Assembly: GCA_951406725.2 (NCBI GenBank)
Contig: OX597823.1
Coordinates: 14,260,001 to 14,324,000 of the forward strand
DNA from: Octopus vulgaris
Taxonomy: Eukaryota
Length of the DNA stretch: 64,000 bases
Reading direction: 5' to 3'
The notes below the pieces were generated by a model. That model saw only the letters and a program-made list of their open reading frames with translations. It ran no database searches and was not told where the DNA came from. Shown piece after piece: positions 28,269 to 42,426 of the stretch (positions are counted from its first letter, which is position 1; the number at the start of each line of letters is the position of its first letter). The translations under genes were made by a program, and so were the position numbers.

Positions 28269-28610
28269 GAATATTGTATTAGTTGAGCAATGTGGTCTTG
28301 GGGTCACTGTAAGGATCTGTAAACCACGCTCTGTATGAGAAATTCTACCAGTATTCGAAGTTTCAAACTGTTTAGTTAGAAAAAGGAATTTATTAAAAAA
28401 AAAGTCTGATTCAAAGTGAACAGATCCTCCCACTGTATACAGGGGGTAAAAAAAAATAAACATAAAATGATAAAATGGAAATAACGGGGTGGTCATGACT
28501 GGAGTGCTTTTAAGTATGGATTTACTCTGTTAGGGATGGCTTTCGACTCAATAACGACGACGTAATCATCATCATCATCATCAGCAGCAGCAGCAGCAGC
28601 AGGAACAACA

Positions 28611-28653
<43 letters not shown>

Positions 28654-28719
28654 TTGCTGCTGCTGCTGCTACTACTACTACTACTACCACTACTACTACT
28701 GTTGCTGCTGCTGCTGCTA

Positions 28720-28751
<32 letters not shown>

Positions 28752-28752
28752 G

Positions 28753-28783
<31 letters not shown>

Positions 28784-29603
28784 AACTGCTGCCGCTGCTG
28801 CTGCTGCTGCTGCTACTATTACTACTACTACTACTACATAGCACTATACGAGTCGATAGTGCCGCTATGCGGTCGCTCGATTTGTGAGTAATAGTAACCA
28901 AATGCCCCTCAAATTATATCTCCCCCTCCGTCTTAAGAAAAAGGAATGCTGTACCTGGATAACGCAGTCCAAGATACACATTGCCAGAAAAGAAAAGAAA
29001 TGAAAAACAAAGAATAAATGAGGGATAACCATGACTGAAATATATCTTAGGCGTGGTTGTGTGGTAAGAAGCCACAGCTTCTTACCACACAACCCTCATG
29101 GTTTTGGGTTCATCCCCACTGCATGGCGCCTTGGGGAAGTGCTTTCAACTATAGCCTCGAGCCGACCAAAACCTTGTGAGCGGATTTGGTAGACGCGTCG
29201 TATATATTTTTATTTGTGTTTTTCTATCTGCGTTTGTCCCCCCGCCACTCCCATTACCACTTGAGAACCGGTGTTGGTGTTTTTACGTCCCCGTAACTTA
29301 GCAGGTCAGCAAAAAACTGATGAAATATGTACTAGGCTTAAAAACAAACGTCCTGGTTGCGGGTGAGGGTGGGCGTCAATTTGTTCGACTACAACTCCTC
29401 AAGACGGTGCTCCAGCACGGCCGCAGTCAAATGACTGAAACAAGTAAAAGACTAAAAGAATAAAAGAATATGTCTGTATCAGTGGTTCTCAACCATTTTT
29501 CGCCTATGGGTCTCTTTGAAGATCCCGTTGGTTCCTATTTTACGCTGCTGGCGCTCCATAGCCATTTGATTTGTATAAAAAACATCCTACTATATTTTAA
29601 CAA

Positions 29604-29995
29604 TCTCTCTCTATATAAAGCTGAAGTTGTCTGTGTATGGCAGGTTTTGTAGCCTTCAACTAACACTCTCTCCTCCGAGGCCCTGCTGTGCAAGTTGACC
29701 AAAATTGAGAGTATGATAGAAGAAGGCTTTCTCTTCCTTCCATGGAAGAAAAATTCAAATTGGATCATTTTAACACCAAAAATTATTTACATAAAAAAGG
29801 TGCTTTTTTTCTATGAAAATCCTTATTTTTTACAATTTTTTCACTGCTGTGTCGTCATTTTTCGGTGTATTTCAACCAGAAAAATGTTCTCTTTAAGAGA
29901 GTAACAAGCTACATAATGCAAAATTTTTACATTTCAAAAATTCCAATTCTAAAGGGTCAAAACAAACACGAGCAACGCCGGGCGATAACTGCTAG
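29604..29995 (+). mobile_element. Non-autonomous Helitron nested in a hAT-like MITE
   Basis: 5' TC(TC)TATATAAAG, 3' CACGAGCAACGCCGGGCGATAACTGCTAG, A|T insertion site; host element begins CAGTGGTTCTCAACC at ~29480. Confidence 0.8.
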
Positions 29996-30233
29996 TTAAA
30001 TATTATTAGGAATTGTATAAAATTTAAAATGTTTTGCGTCTTATGTTTTATCCTTTACTTGTTTCAGTCATTGGTCTGCGGCCAATCTGGGGCAAAGCTT
30101 TGAAGAGTTTAGTCGAACAAATCGACCCTGATACTGTTCCTTAAAGTCTGGTATTCATTCAAGCGGTATCTTTTTGCTAAATAGCTAAGTTACGGGGATG
30201 TTAAGACACCGACGCCGGTTGTCAAGAGGCGGT

Positions 30234-30280
<47 letters not shown>

Positions 30281-31667
30281 CGACGAGCTTCTTTGGTCGA
30301 CCGGAGTGCTATAGTAGAAGACACTTACCCGAAGTACCACGCAGTGAGACCGAACCCAGAACCATGTGGTTGGGAAGCAAACTTCTTACCACACAGCCAC
30401 GCTTGCGCCTACTCAGCCATGCCTACGCCCATACAGCCACGCCTACTCCCATACAGCCATGCCTGCGCCTTCTTAACCTTTCGGCCATAATGTGCCTACA
30501 TATACAATGTCACTCTATAAACGAGCCAATAGGTGAGCCGCTATGCAGTGATTCGACATGCTAGAATGAGAGTCAAAGTAAGTCGATTACATCGACCCCA
30601 GTGCGTAACTGGTACTTAATTTATCGACCCCGAAAGGATGAAAAGCAAAGTCGACCTCAGCGGAATTTGAACTCAGAATGTCACGGCAGACGAAATACCT
30701 ATTTCTTTACTATCCACAAGGAGCTAAACACAGAGAGGACAAACAAGTACAGACAAACGGATTAAGTCGATTACATCGACTCCAGTGCGACACTGGTACT
30801 TTATTTATCGACCCCGATAGGATGAAAGGCAAAATCGACCTCGGCTGAATTTGAACTCAGAACGTAGCGGTAGACGAAATACCTATTTCTTTACTGGGGT
30901 TAAACACAGAGAGGACAAACAAGGACAGACAAAGGGATTAAGTCGATTACATCGACCGCAGTGCCTAACTGGTACTTAATTTATCGACCCCGAAAGGATA
31001 AAAGAGGCAAAGTCGACCTCGGCGGAATTTGAACTCAGAACGTAACGGCAGACGAAATACTGCTAAGCATTTCGCCTGACGTTTCTAACGTTTCTGCCAG
31101 CTCGCCTCGCCGCCTTAAACAAAATACATAACGAAACTATAAATACGTTCCTTGACAAATAAAAGCAGTCAGCAACTTTTTTTAATAATACTGACTCATA
31201 ACCGTTTACATACAAAATGTTGAGTGCTTAAACAGGCCCTTAGCTCTGTAGTCAAATAATGTGTCTAAATTAACTGTGCTTTGTCATCTTAGTCTCAAAT
31301 TAATCCTAGTTGTATTGTAACACACTTGACGCTTCACACTCAAAGCGATCGCACTAATTGCCCTCTTAATCCATATACATAAACTTCTCATTTAAGCATC
31401 ACAGCATTTTTTTTCCTCTTGGCTTCGTTATTCTGTATTCTTTTATTCATTTATTTGTTTCAGTCATTTTGTTTGCGGCCATGCTGGAGCACCGCTTTTT
31501 TAGTCGAAGAAATCGACCCCTAGACTTATTCGTTGCAAAACCTGGTACTTATTCTATCGTTTTTTTTTTGTTTTTTTTTGCTGAAACAGTAAGTTATGGA
31601 GACGTAAACACACCAAGATCGGTTGTCAAGCGATGGTGGAGGTATAAACATAGACACAAACACACAA

Positions 31668-31719
<52 letters not shown>

Positions 31720-32202
31720 TTGAGGCTGTTGCATATATTAAGCATAAAGTGTAGCATTTCTTAGATTTGCGACTGTTACGACCTGTCACATCTCGAAAAG
31801 TTATGCTTTGGCAATCCAAGAGCAGGAGGTAGATATAAAATCCCCAGTGAATAAAAGAGACAGCGGAAGTCCTAAAACTCCAAGATACGATTAAAAATAT
31901 TGATTATGTCATGTTTCTGTGAAAGATATTTCGGGTATTAAAGCATGTCGTTGATGTCATCAAGATATAACCCACCCACACATGATATTTCTGGAATTAT
32001 ATATATTGCAATATGCAGAAATGTCTATTCTGGCATTAAAAAAAAAAAAAAACTACCATCAGTATCAAAGACAACAACCACATGGTTCCGGGTTCAGTCC
32101 CACTGCGTGGCATCTTGGGCAAGTGTCATCTACTATAGCCTCGGGCCGACCAAAGCCTTGTGAGAGGATTTGGTAGACGGAAACTGAAAGAAGCCCGTCG
32201 TA

Positions 32203-32290
<88 letters not shown>

Positions 32291-32792
32291 CTGCTCGCTT
32301 AGCCAGCGGGGTGGCGTCATTTGAAAGCTAAAACAATGCGAAGCGCATTGTGACCAGCGATGTGTAGCAACATCTGATAGCCTGGTCGGTCACGGTGATC
32401 ACGGTGATATATATATGTGTGTTGGGTGTGTCTGTGTTTGTCCCACCCAACATCGCTTGACAACCGATGGTGGTGTGTTTAGGTTCCCGTAACTTAGCGG
32501 TTCGGCAAAAGAGACTGATAGAATAAGTACTTACAAAGAATAAGTCCTGGGGTCGATTTGCTCGACTAAAAAGCGGTGCTCCAGCATGGCCGCAGTCAAA
32601 TGACTGAAACAAGTAAAAGAGTAAAGAGTAATGCATACATATCAATACATGTAATATTGGTGGGACATTCCCATCAAAGCTTCTGTCATATGTGTTGCGG
32701 TTTGGGACAGAGATGAAAAATTATGAACCGTCATAAAGATCAGCAGACCAGCAGTAATGCACATTTCCAAAAGCAGTCAGGAGTAGGACATA

Positions 32793-33120
32793 CAGTGAAA
32801 TTCGGTTTACGAATGCTTCTCATCACGAACAAATCGGTTTTGGAACAGTTTTTTTTTTACGAATATAAAACGTCTCGGTTGACGAACCGTGTTTCGAATA
32901 CGAAAGCGCAACCACTAACATTGGTTGGTGACAAACTGAGAGTATCAGAGAAAGAGTGTCAGTTGCTGTCTAGCACTTGCCCAGCCCAGTACACATTCCT
33001 GGTCGTATACGCCGTTCTTTCTCTTGAATTTCCTATGGGAAAATACTTTCGGTTTACGAACATTTCGGATCACGAACGGCCTTCTGGACCGAATTGAATT
33101 CGTAAACCGAGGTTCCACTA
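32793..33120. mobile_element. pogo/Tigger-like MITE
   Basis: TA-CAGTGAAATTCGGTTTACGAA ... TTCGTAAACCGAGGTTCCACT(A)-TA with subterminal ACGAA repeats. Confidence 0.8.
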
Positions 33121-33481
33121 TAAATGGACGTTTTGATGTGACACGTATAATCTCTTCACAGATTATAATAAATTACAATTTATGCCTATAATTATTGCTG
33201 AACTTGGCTATATTTGTAAATCTCGAAATGGTAATCTCATTCAAAGAAAAAGATCAGCTTACACGCATTTCAGAAACGCATCTCTAAGCGGAACAGTAAA
33301 ATTAAAACAGAGTTTCTAAAGTACAACGTGTGACGCGAATGGTTTTATTATTCAAATTCTTGTGATGGAGCTTTTCTTCTTTGTTCGCAACCAGTTTTCT
33401 TATCGTAGGAAGAATTCAAATTATAGAAGACATACATACATACATACATACATACATACATACATACATACATACATACAT

Positions 33482-34042
33482 GGTGGCTGCCCCCTCGTTA
33501 TTGAGTATGGCCATTGCACGAAGCTTAATCAATGTTGTTATCGTGCAATGCTTGTGCAAGAAGATTTTTTTTAAATTGAGGAAAGGCTGTGCACTGAGTC
33601 AATCCCACTCACTAAGCAATAGCAGCCATAATCCGAAAAGAAGAACAAGTCAACATCATTGGTAACCACTGAGCCGCAGGTTTTATGTCGGAGTTATCCC
33701 AGTTACCTGAGTTACCTTCACCTAGAAGGATGCCCTAACAAAGGCTAGGAGTCCTTCACTCCCAATGGTTTAACCACGAGATCGGGTATTCAGTCCGATT
33801 ATTTCTATGTCCCCGCGCATGATACAGCCTTAAGACATTTATTGGATGGTCGGATGGCCGTTGATTCTCAAGAGATCCTCCGCCCTTTGACGGGTTTTGT
33901 TTTTCATCCCGCAGGGTGTCCAATAAACACCCTCCTCACCAAGCAAGCTTGGTGGGGTTGCCGGTTTAGTCGCCGACGACCCGACCATGCAACAGGTTGT
34001 ACTGGGTTACATGTTACCAGTAGCACTCGAAAGTGACCTGAC
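33482..34042 (-). mobile_element. RTE-derived non-autonomous element (5' UTR joined to 3' end)
   Basis: Minus strand has the RTE-like 5' UTR motif GGCATCCTTCTAGGTGAAGGTAACTC..AAAACC and a 3' end CCATACTCAATAACGAGGGGGCAGCC; embedded in (CATA)n. Confidence 0.55.
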
Positions 34043-34187
34043 ATACATTCATACATACATACATACGTACGTACATACATACATACGTACATACATACAT
34101 ACATACATACATACGTATGTACATACATACATACACACATACATACATACATACATACATAAATACATACATACATACATACATACA

Positions 34188-34218
<31 letters not shown>

Positions 34219-34608
34219 TTGCATTTTGTCAAAACTACACTTTGGATAAGCGAGAATTTCCAGATAAGGAAAGAAGCTGGTGGACACGCACTTTACAGAC
34301 ACAATCAGTAAGTGAAACAGTAAAAATATGCAAGGTTTTCTTAAAGTTTGATAAGCAGCAATTATCTCTGTTCTAATCCAAATTCTAGTATTGAAGCTTT
34401 ATTTCTTTGTGAGAAAGCAGCTTTCTTTAAGAAAAATTACAAATAGGAGTAGGAGTGGCTGTGTGGTAAGTAGCTTGCTTACGAACCTCATGGTTCCGGG
34501 TTTAGTTCTACTGCGTGGCACCTTGGTCAAGTGTCTTCTACTATAGCCAAGGGCCGACCAAAGCCTTGTGAGTGGATTTGGTAGACGGAAACTGAAAGAA
34601 GCCTGTCG

Positions 34609-34642
<34 letters not shown>

Positions 34643-35100
34643 TGTATGTATGTATGTATGTATGTATATGTATGTATATATATATATATGTGTGTGTGTG
34701 TTTGTGTGTGTGTGTGTATGTGTTCGTGTATCTGTGTTTGTCCCCCCAACATCGCTTGACAACCGATGCTGGTGTGTTTACGTCCCCCGTAAATTAGCGA
34801 TTCGGCAAAAGAGAATAATAGAATAGTACTAGGCTTACAAAGAATAAGTCCTGGGGTCGATTTGCTCGAGTAAAGGCGGTGCTCCAGCATGGCCACAGTC
34901 AAATGAATGAAACAAGTAAAAGAGTAAAACAGTAATAAGTAAAAAGAAAGAGATACATACACATACCTAGATGCACACACACACACATACACACATATAT
35001 ATATACAGAGACATACGTTCGTATATACATACATGCATACATACATACATACATGCATACATACATACATACATACATACATACATACATACATACATAC

Positions 35101-35200
35101 AAAATTACCCTTTTGATGTTGAAATTCCAATGAAGGCGCCTTGAATCTGGGTTAGAAACCGGCTCTTTATTGGCAAGAAATCTTGAAATAAACTGAATAA

Positions 35201-35203
<3 letters not shown>
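35101..35203 (+). mobile_element. Same RLE family, 3' UTR only
   Basis: GTTGAAATTCCAATGAAGG..GGCAAGAAATCTTGAAATAAACTGAATAAT flanked by (CATA)n. Confidence 0.7.
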
Positions 35204-35231
<28 letters not shown>

Positions 35232-35925
35232 ATACATACATGAGACCAGGAAATGGCTTCAATAGAAAAAAAAAAACACGATGACGTCACAGAATCTTGT
35301 CAATGCTCTGTCGCCTGCATTCTCCTCACCAGCCACTCGCTTGTTTTACTCCAAGTCTATTATCAGCAGAACACTTATGCTTTACCACAGATTACACACC
35401 TACACATCTCACTACTCAATGGTAGTATCACATCTCTTATCAGACCTTTTAATTTGCTTTATCATTCTTATGTTGTACGTACATTCGCACGTATGTAGGT
35501 TGTCTTCTATTTTTAATTATTTGAAGTCTTCCTGCAATGAAGGAGCTGGTTTCTAGCAAAGATACAAAGCTCCATAAGTGAAATATAAATAACAGAAACA
35601 ATGTTACATTTTGAACACTTGAACAAGGTCTTGCAGATCATTACTGTTCCGCTTACAGATTGTATTTGTAATGTGCGTGTTTGTAGTACTCGTTTACTTT
35701 TTTACTTGTTTCAGTCATTTGACTGTGGCCATGCTGGAGCACCGCCTTTAGTCGTGCAAATCGACCCCAGGACTTATTCTTTGTAAGCCTAGTACTTATT
35801 TTATCAGTCTCTTTTGCCGAACCGCTAAGTTACGGGGACGTAAACACACTAGCATCGGTTCCCAAGCGATGTTGGGGGGGGGCAAACGCAGACACGCAAA
35901 CACACACACACATATACATACATAT

Positions 35926-36002
<77 letters not shown>

Positions 36003-36148
36003 AATATATACGTATATACGACAAGCTTCTTTCAGTTTCCGTCCACCAAATCCACTCACAAAGCTTTGGTTGGCCCGAGGCTATAGTAGAAGACACTTGC
36101 CCAAGGTGCCACGCAGTAGGACTGAACCCGGAACCATCTGGTTTGTAA

Positions 36149-36657
<509 letters not shown>

Positions 36658-37758
36658 TGTATGTATGTATGTATGTATGTATGTATGTATGTATGTATGT
36701 ATGTATGTATGTATGTATGTATGTATGTATGTATGTATTTATGTATGTATGTATGTATGTATGTATGTATGTATGTATGTATGTATGTATGTATATGAAT
36801 CAGAAAACAAAACATCGAATATATTAAAAAAGGCCCACTAGACCGAAATTGAGGCTTATAATTGCTGGCCCATGTTCTGCTCACCGTCTAAATAATTTGA
36901 TCAACTTCATTTTGAAACCTTTGTGTTTCTTTATTCCAAGTTACACCCGTGACTAAACTGAAAGTTTCACCTTGAAAGTTTGATGTTAGTAGACTTTGCA
37001 CTATCATACTTCATGTCTAACGTATCACTACTGGAAGATATTGAGCGGAAAACACTGAGAAGCAATTCCTAACATATTTTTCATGCAAGTTTACTTGACA
37101 ACCGTTGCTGGTTTGTTTACATTCCCATAACTTAGCGGTTTGGCAAAATTGTACAATGTAAGAAGTACCAGGCTTTAAAAAAAATCAGAAAAAGTAATGG
37201 GGTCGAACCTTTCGACGAAAATTCTTCAGATCAGTGCCCCAGCATGGCCGCAGTCTAATGACTGAAACAAGTAAAAGAATAAAAGAACTTCTCCAACAAG
37301 AACACCTCACCATGACCAGCACTAAGAACAATACACCCATCACCCGATACGTCGCTCGACCTGTTAGAAATAGCAAACTCATAGCCCTCAGAACTTCCTC
37401 TATCGTCTAGAAACGCAAAAACGAAAAGGAAAAAAAATAAGGTCACATTGAATAATAGTTTCTAGTTTAAGTACAAACACAGTAATTTTTGAGGGGAGGG
37501 GTTAATAAAGTACATGGACACCTGGACTTCACTGGTACTTAATTTGTCTTTTATTATTCCACCGGGCTCAATAAAATAAAGAAACTCTAGATAAGCAATG
37601 TTCGAAAGAAGTTAAAAACAGAAATGTCTTTAACTTGAGGTCTGGTAAATGGGGGACTTATCTGAGGCTAAACAACAACAAAAATAACTCAAGGAAAACT
37701 ATTAAACAGCCCACCACGACCACCACTCTCGATGCTAAGACATAGAGTTAGCTGCTGC

Positions 37759-38188
37759 GGATCTTTTCGGTTTGAACGGCAGTTTTTTCTAGCGGTGTCA
37801 TATGAAATTGTCACCCATAATTATGACCCTAGTATCGATCTATTGCATTTCAATCTGTTTTAGGGTTAGGATTAGTTAGGGTTAGGGTTAGGGGGGAAGG
37901 GTATCTTTTTTTCTTCACAAATGTAAATAAACCCAATCTGTTGCTCAAACGAGGGACATATTCATACGGCACAGAATGTTTTTTACCTCAATGGACGTCA
38001 GTGATTGGTTGAAATTGCAGAAATTGAAGAAAAAAAAAACAACAAATATCTTACAAACTATAAAATTTTCTCAATAAAGCCAAGAGAAAAAGATGTTTTA
38101 TAAACACATTCTACCAGTATACAAAGTTTGAAATTTTTTAGTTACCTAGAAATTATGTTAAAAACTGCCGTTCAAACCGAAAAGATCC
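37759..38188 (+). mobile_element. MITE family A, copy 3
   Basis: Perfect TIRs; 14-bp flanking duplication GAGTTAGCTGCTGC. Confidence 0.93.
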
Positions 38189-39234
38189 GAGTTAGCTGCT
38201 GCTATACAGTACGAATTACAGCGTTGTACTTTATACATTTTACTCATCTTACGACTGTTGCAGTAATTTCAACAACCCATTTTTACACCAATCAGCTAAC
38301 CGTACACATATACACATACGCCGTACACAAACATACATACGTTCACAGACCAGGCATATGCAAATACTCACACACGTATGTATAGACACTCGCAGGCACA
38401 CACTGACACAGAGGCATATAGACACACTCCTGTTATGTCAACTCTTTCGTCACCGCCGCCGCCGCCACCATTCGGCAGTTAGTCTGACTTCACAATACCC
38501 ACTTTATGACATAATAGTTGCTTGCCACCGGGATTATATCATGAATTCAGTGAGGAGTGGGGGAAGAGGTACTATAAGTTATGAAGTAGGAGGAGGAGAA
38601 GAGAGAGGGAGTAAAAAAAGGAAGAGAAGAACCGAGGAAACGAAAGAAAAAATGGGGAGGAGATGAAGGGGTGATATATATATATATAGAGAGAGAAAGA
38701 GACTACGAGAAGTGGAGAATAAATAGAGAAATAGAAAGAGATAAGGTTATGGATATCTACATACATTTATATAGGCATAAAATCATTCATATTCTCTTTC
38801 TCTCTCCCTCATTCTCTATCTCTGTCTCTCTCTCTCTCACACGTACAAACACACACACATACATATACATATATGGGAACGTGTACCATATAAGATAGAC
38901 TGACGCCAGGTAAATATGTCGTGTGTATCGCTGACAATGGATTAAGCAAGCTCGCTTGCATTGCATACTCTTGACCGCCATTTCGATTAATAAATTCCTG
39001 GTGCATTGAAAGTGTTTTGTTTCAATGCAATAATGTGCCATAAAATATATCTATAGATTTTTTAGGCAGCAATAAAGATCTAGTCTTTTGTATAGTATAG
39101 GTTTGTGTGGACAGAAAAATACAAACAAAGAAAGATTTATGTAAACTGTTCTTAATAAGAATAAGAGACAATACAAGGACTTCCGAAGAACAAGCAAATT
39201 GAAACAAGCCGACGCTCGGGAAGAATAGCAAGGT

Positions 39235-39270
39235 CTTTGACGTTTCGAGCCTACGCTCTTCGACAGAAAG
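39235..39270 (-). ncRNA. Minimal type-I hammerhead ribozyme-like motif (variant core, GUC site)
   Basis: Minus strand CTTT-CTGTCGA-A-GAGC(GTAG)GCTC-GAAA-C-GTC-AAAG, in a diverged relative of the same module (~39100-39341). Confidence 0.65.
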
Positions 39271-39341
39271 GGATAAGAGGGAGAAAAATGGAGAGAGAAC
39301 GAAAATAACGGAGGGGAAAAATGTGTAGGGATTAGCGGTTT

Positions 39342-39432
<91 letters not shown>

Positions 39433-39493
39433 ATATATATATATATATATATACAGTCACACACACAGAGGTGAGCACACACACACACACATA

Positions 39494-39704
39494 CAGGGTG
39501 CAGCACAAATACCTTCCACATTTTAAACTTTCACCTAAGTGTTGTTAATGAACTTATGCAAGTGCCAATGATATTTTGATTCAGCTAATGAACAAAAATT
39601 GTAACCCTTTGTTTAAACAACAGTAAAATTATTTTTTCATAAATGTTGTTTCTTTTTCCTTTTGTCAACCTTTCAAATGTGGGATGTATTTCTGTCGAAC
39701 CGTG
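39494..39704. mobile_element. Tc1/mariner-type MITE (degenerate)
   Basis: TA-CAGGGTGCAGCACAAATACCTTCCACATTT ... AAATGTGGGATGTATTTCTGTCGAACCGTG-TA. Confidence 0.65.
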
Positions 39705-39987
39705 TATATATATAAAGATCATGTTCAGTTAATATATATATAAAGATCATGTTCAGAAGGTAATAAAATGGAGAGTGAAGATAAAATTCACTATTTAAAA
39801 AAAATGCTAATCTATACTTCTTTCAGCCATTTCCATTAGTGCTCAATAGGTAAATTACAAATTTATACTTTAGCCAAGTCCTAAATCCGACCAACGAGCA
39901 ATAGCTGTTTCACAGCGAGAAATAGTGACGGATGTCTTCGTACTTCTAATTCCCCATTCAGAAATTTTTTCCTTTAATCCCTTTATC

Positions 39988-40062
<75 letters not shown>

Positions 40063-40136
40063 ATGTATAAAATATAAATTAGAGAAAAATAGATATTGTG
40101 TAACTCTATTTGCTTATTTATTTAACTATTATTGTT

Positions 40137-40237
40137 AACCTGAGGAGTGACTATAATTTTAAATTGAATTCATTTTCGATTAAATTTAAATTTAATTGTA
40201 ATTCAAATTTAATTATAGCCATGAAACGTACGTAGTT
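40137..40237 (+). ncRNA. Type-I hammerhead ribozyme with long AT-rich stem II
   Basis: AAC-CTGAGGA-GTGACTATAATT...AATTATAGCCAT-GAAA-CGTACG-TA-GTT; palindromic helix III ACGTACGT; stem I only 3 bp. Confidence 0.7.
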
Positions 40238-40532
40238 TTTTTTACTTATTATATATTGATTATTCATTTTCATACATTTGTGATCTAGTTATATGTTTTA
40301 TAAATATATTTTTTATTTTTTTATTTATGATTTGGTTTGTGTCTATCATTATTTGTATTGCATAATAGTGGCTTTTTTCCCTAATTTATATTTTATATAT
40401 TTATATTGTGAAATTTGATTTAATACGAAATTGAATTTTTCCCTGTAAATTTAGAGTTATACACCCTAATATTATTATTATATATATATATGTATGTGTG
40501 TGTGTGTGTGCGTGCGTGTGTGTGTGTATGTA

Positions 40533-40578
<46 letters not shown>

Positions 40579-41039
40579 GGCGCATGGCTCAGTGGTTAGA
40601 GCGTCAAGCTTACGATCGTGAGGTTGTGAGTTCGAATCCCGGACCGGGCTGCGTGTTGTGTTCTTGAGCAAGACACTTTATTTCACGTTGTAGCTGCAGA
40701 AATGTGTTGCGACGTCACAGGTGCCAAGCTGTATCGGCCTTTGCCTTTCCCTTGGATAACACTGGTGGCGTGGAGAGGGGAGGCCGGATAAGGATGGGCG
40801 ACTGCAGGTCTTCCATAAACAATCTTGCCCGGTCTTGTGCCTGAGAGGGTAACTTTCTAGGTGCAATCCTATTGTCAGCTTTGACCGAAGGGGGTCTCAG
40901 CATATATATATATATATATATATATACAAAATGAGAAAATGGAGAAATATATCTAAATCAATCATCATGTTGGATATTTCTCTAGCAGTATATTGGATAT
41001 ATGTTATCCCATGGAGGGTTGAATTTACAACCCCTATCT

Positions 41040-41107
<68 letters not shown>

Positions 41108-41265
41108 GTATATATATATATGTGTGTGTGTATATATGTATATATATATATATGTGTGTGTGTGTTTATATGTATATATATATATATAACACTTTTTTCC
41201 TTCGAAAAAAGCATTTTTTTACACAATTGGTTGAAAGTGCTCAGGTCGAACGCGAGACGCTAGAC

Positions 41266-41504
41266 ATTATATAACTTGGTTTAAGAAGAGACAACATTTA
41301 GAAAATCATCCTAAAGTTATGATTTACATCAACATAATAAATACATACAATACGATAAATACACCATGACAACGAACATATCTAAATAATATATTGAGAT
41401 CTCCCTGTCTTGGTCTATTTACTATGTTGTATGTAATTATTATGTTGATGTAAATTATAACTTTAGGATGATTATCTAAATTGTCTCTACTTAAACCAAG
41501 TTAC

Positions 41505-41509
<5 letters not shown>
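41266..41509. repeat. AT-rich fold-back (palindromic MITE-like)
   Basis: ATTATATAACTTGGTTTAAG..CATCCTAAAGTTAT..CATCAACATAATAA mirrored by TTATTATGTTGATG..ATAACTTTAGGATG..CTTAAACCAAGTTACATAAT; arms ~105 bp. Confidence 0.85.
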
Positions 41510-41571
<62 letters not shown>

Positions 41572-41648
41572 ATATATGCGTGTATATATATGTGTATATA
41601 TATATATATCTATATGTATGTATGGAACGAAGGCGGGAGAGGTATGCA

Positions 41649-41689
<41 letters not shown>

Positions 41690-42019
41690 GATACATAGGC
41701 GCAGGAGTGGCTGTGTGGTAGTACCTAACCAACCATGGTTCGGTTCAGTCCACTGCGGCATCTTGCAAGTGTCTTCTGCATAGCCCGGGCCGACCAATCC
41801 TTGTGAGTGGATTTGAAACAACGATGCTGGTGTGTTTACGTCCCCGTCATAGCTGTTCGCATAGAATAAGTGCTGGCTTACAAGAATAAGTCCTGGGGTC
41901 GATTTGCTCGACTAAAGGCGGTGCTCACATGGCCCAGTCAAAGACTGAACAAGTAAAAGAGTAAAAAAGTATACTGCTGGTACCAAACTATGGAATAACG
42001 AGCTATACCAGACCACGAA

Positions 42020-42376
42020 CAGAATGTCACTGTGCTGTCCCCATTGTGCCGACTGCTTCATCTCGGGCAAGGACGATGTACTGCAATAGCTTGGGTTTCA
42101 AGGGGCCAACAGCTGTTTAACTATCTGCCGAAGCATCTGAGGGAGCCTCTATGGAGTGGGAGTAGACGTTTTCAAACGTGAATCTGTCCTCTGGCTAGCC
42201 GAGATCCCTGATTAGCCAATATCTAAGCAAGACACTCAAAAGAGGGCAGTAGCATTGAATATATCCTTCACCAGAAGCCGCTCCGACAAAGGTGGAAAGT
42301 GGAAAGATGATTACAATGGCGGTGCTCCAGCATGGCCACAGTCATTGGACTGAAACATATAAAAGAATAAAAGAAT
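42020..42376 (+). mobile_element. LINE 3' end (probably CR1 group) ending in the tail shared with the major SINE
   Basis: CAVP..TMYCNSLGFKG(P)QLFNYLPKHLR..VDVFKRE..LAEIPD then GGCGGTGCTCCAGCATGGCCACAGTCATTGGACTGAAACA(TAAAAGAA)n. Confidence 0.75.
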
Positions 42377-42426
42377 ATATGTTGTATTCGCATACGCATA
42401 TTTACAACTGTTCTCAGAAGGCTGCC

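Noticed and set aside
41697-41970. SINE copy with many 1-3 bp deletions, suggesting a novel short subfamily
   Set aside because: Scattered small deletions look like uncorrected long-read errors or local decay.
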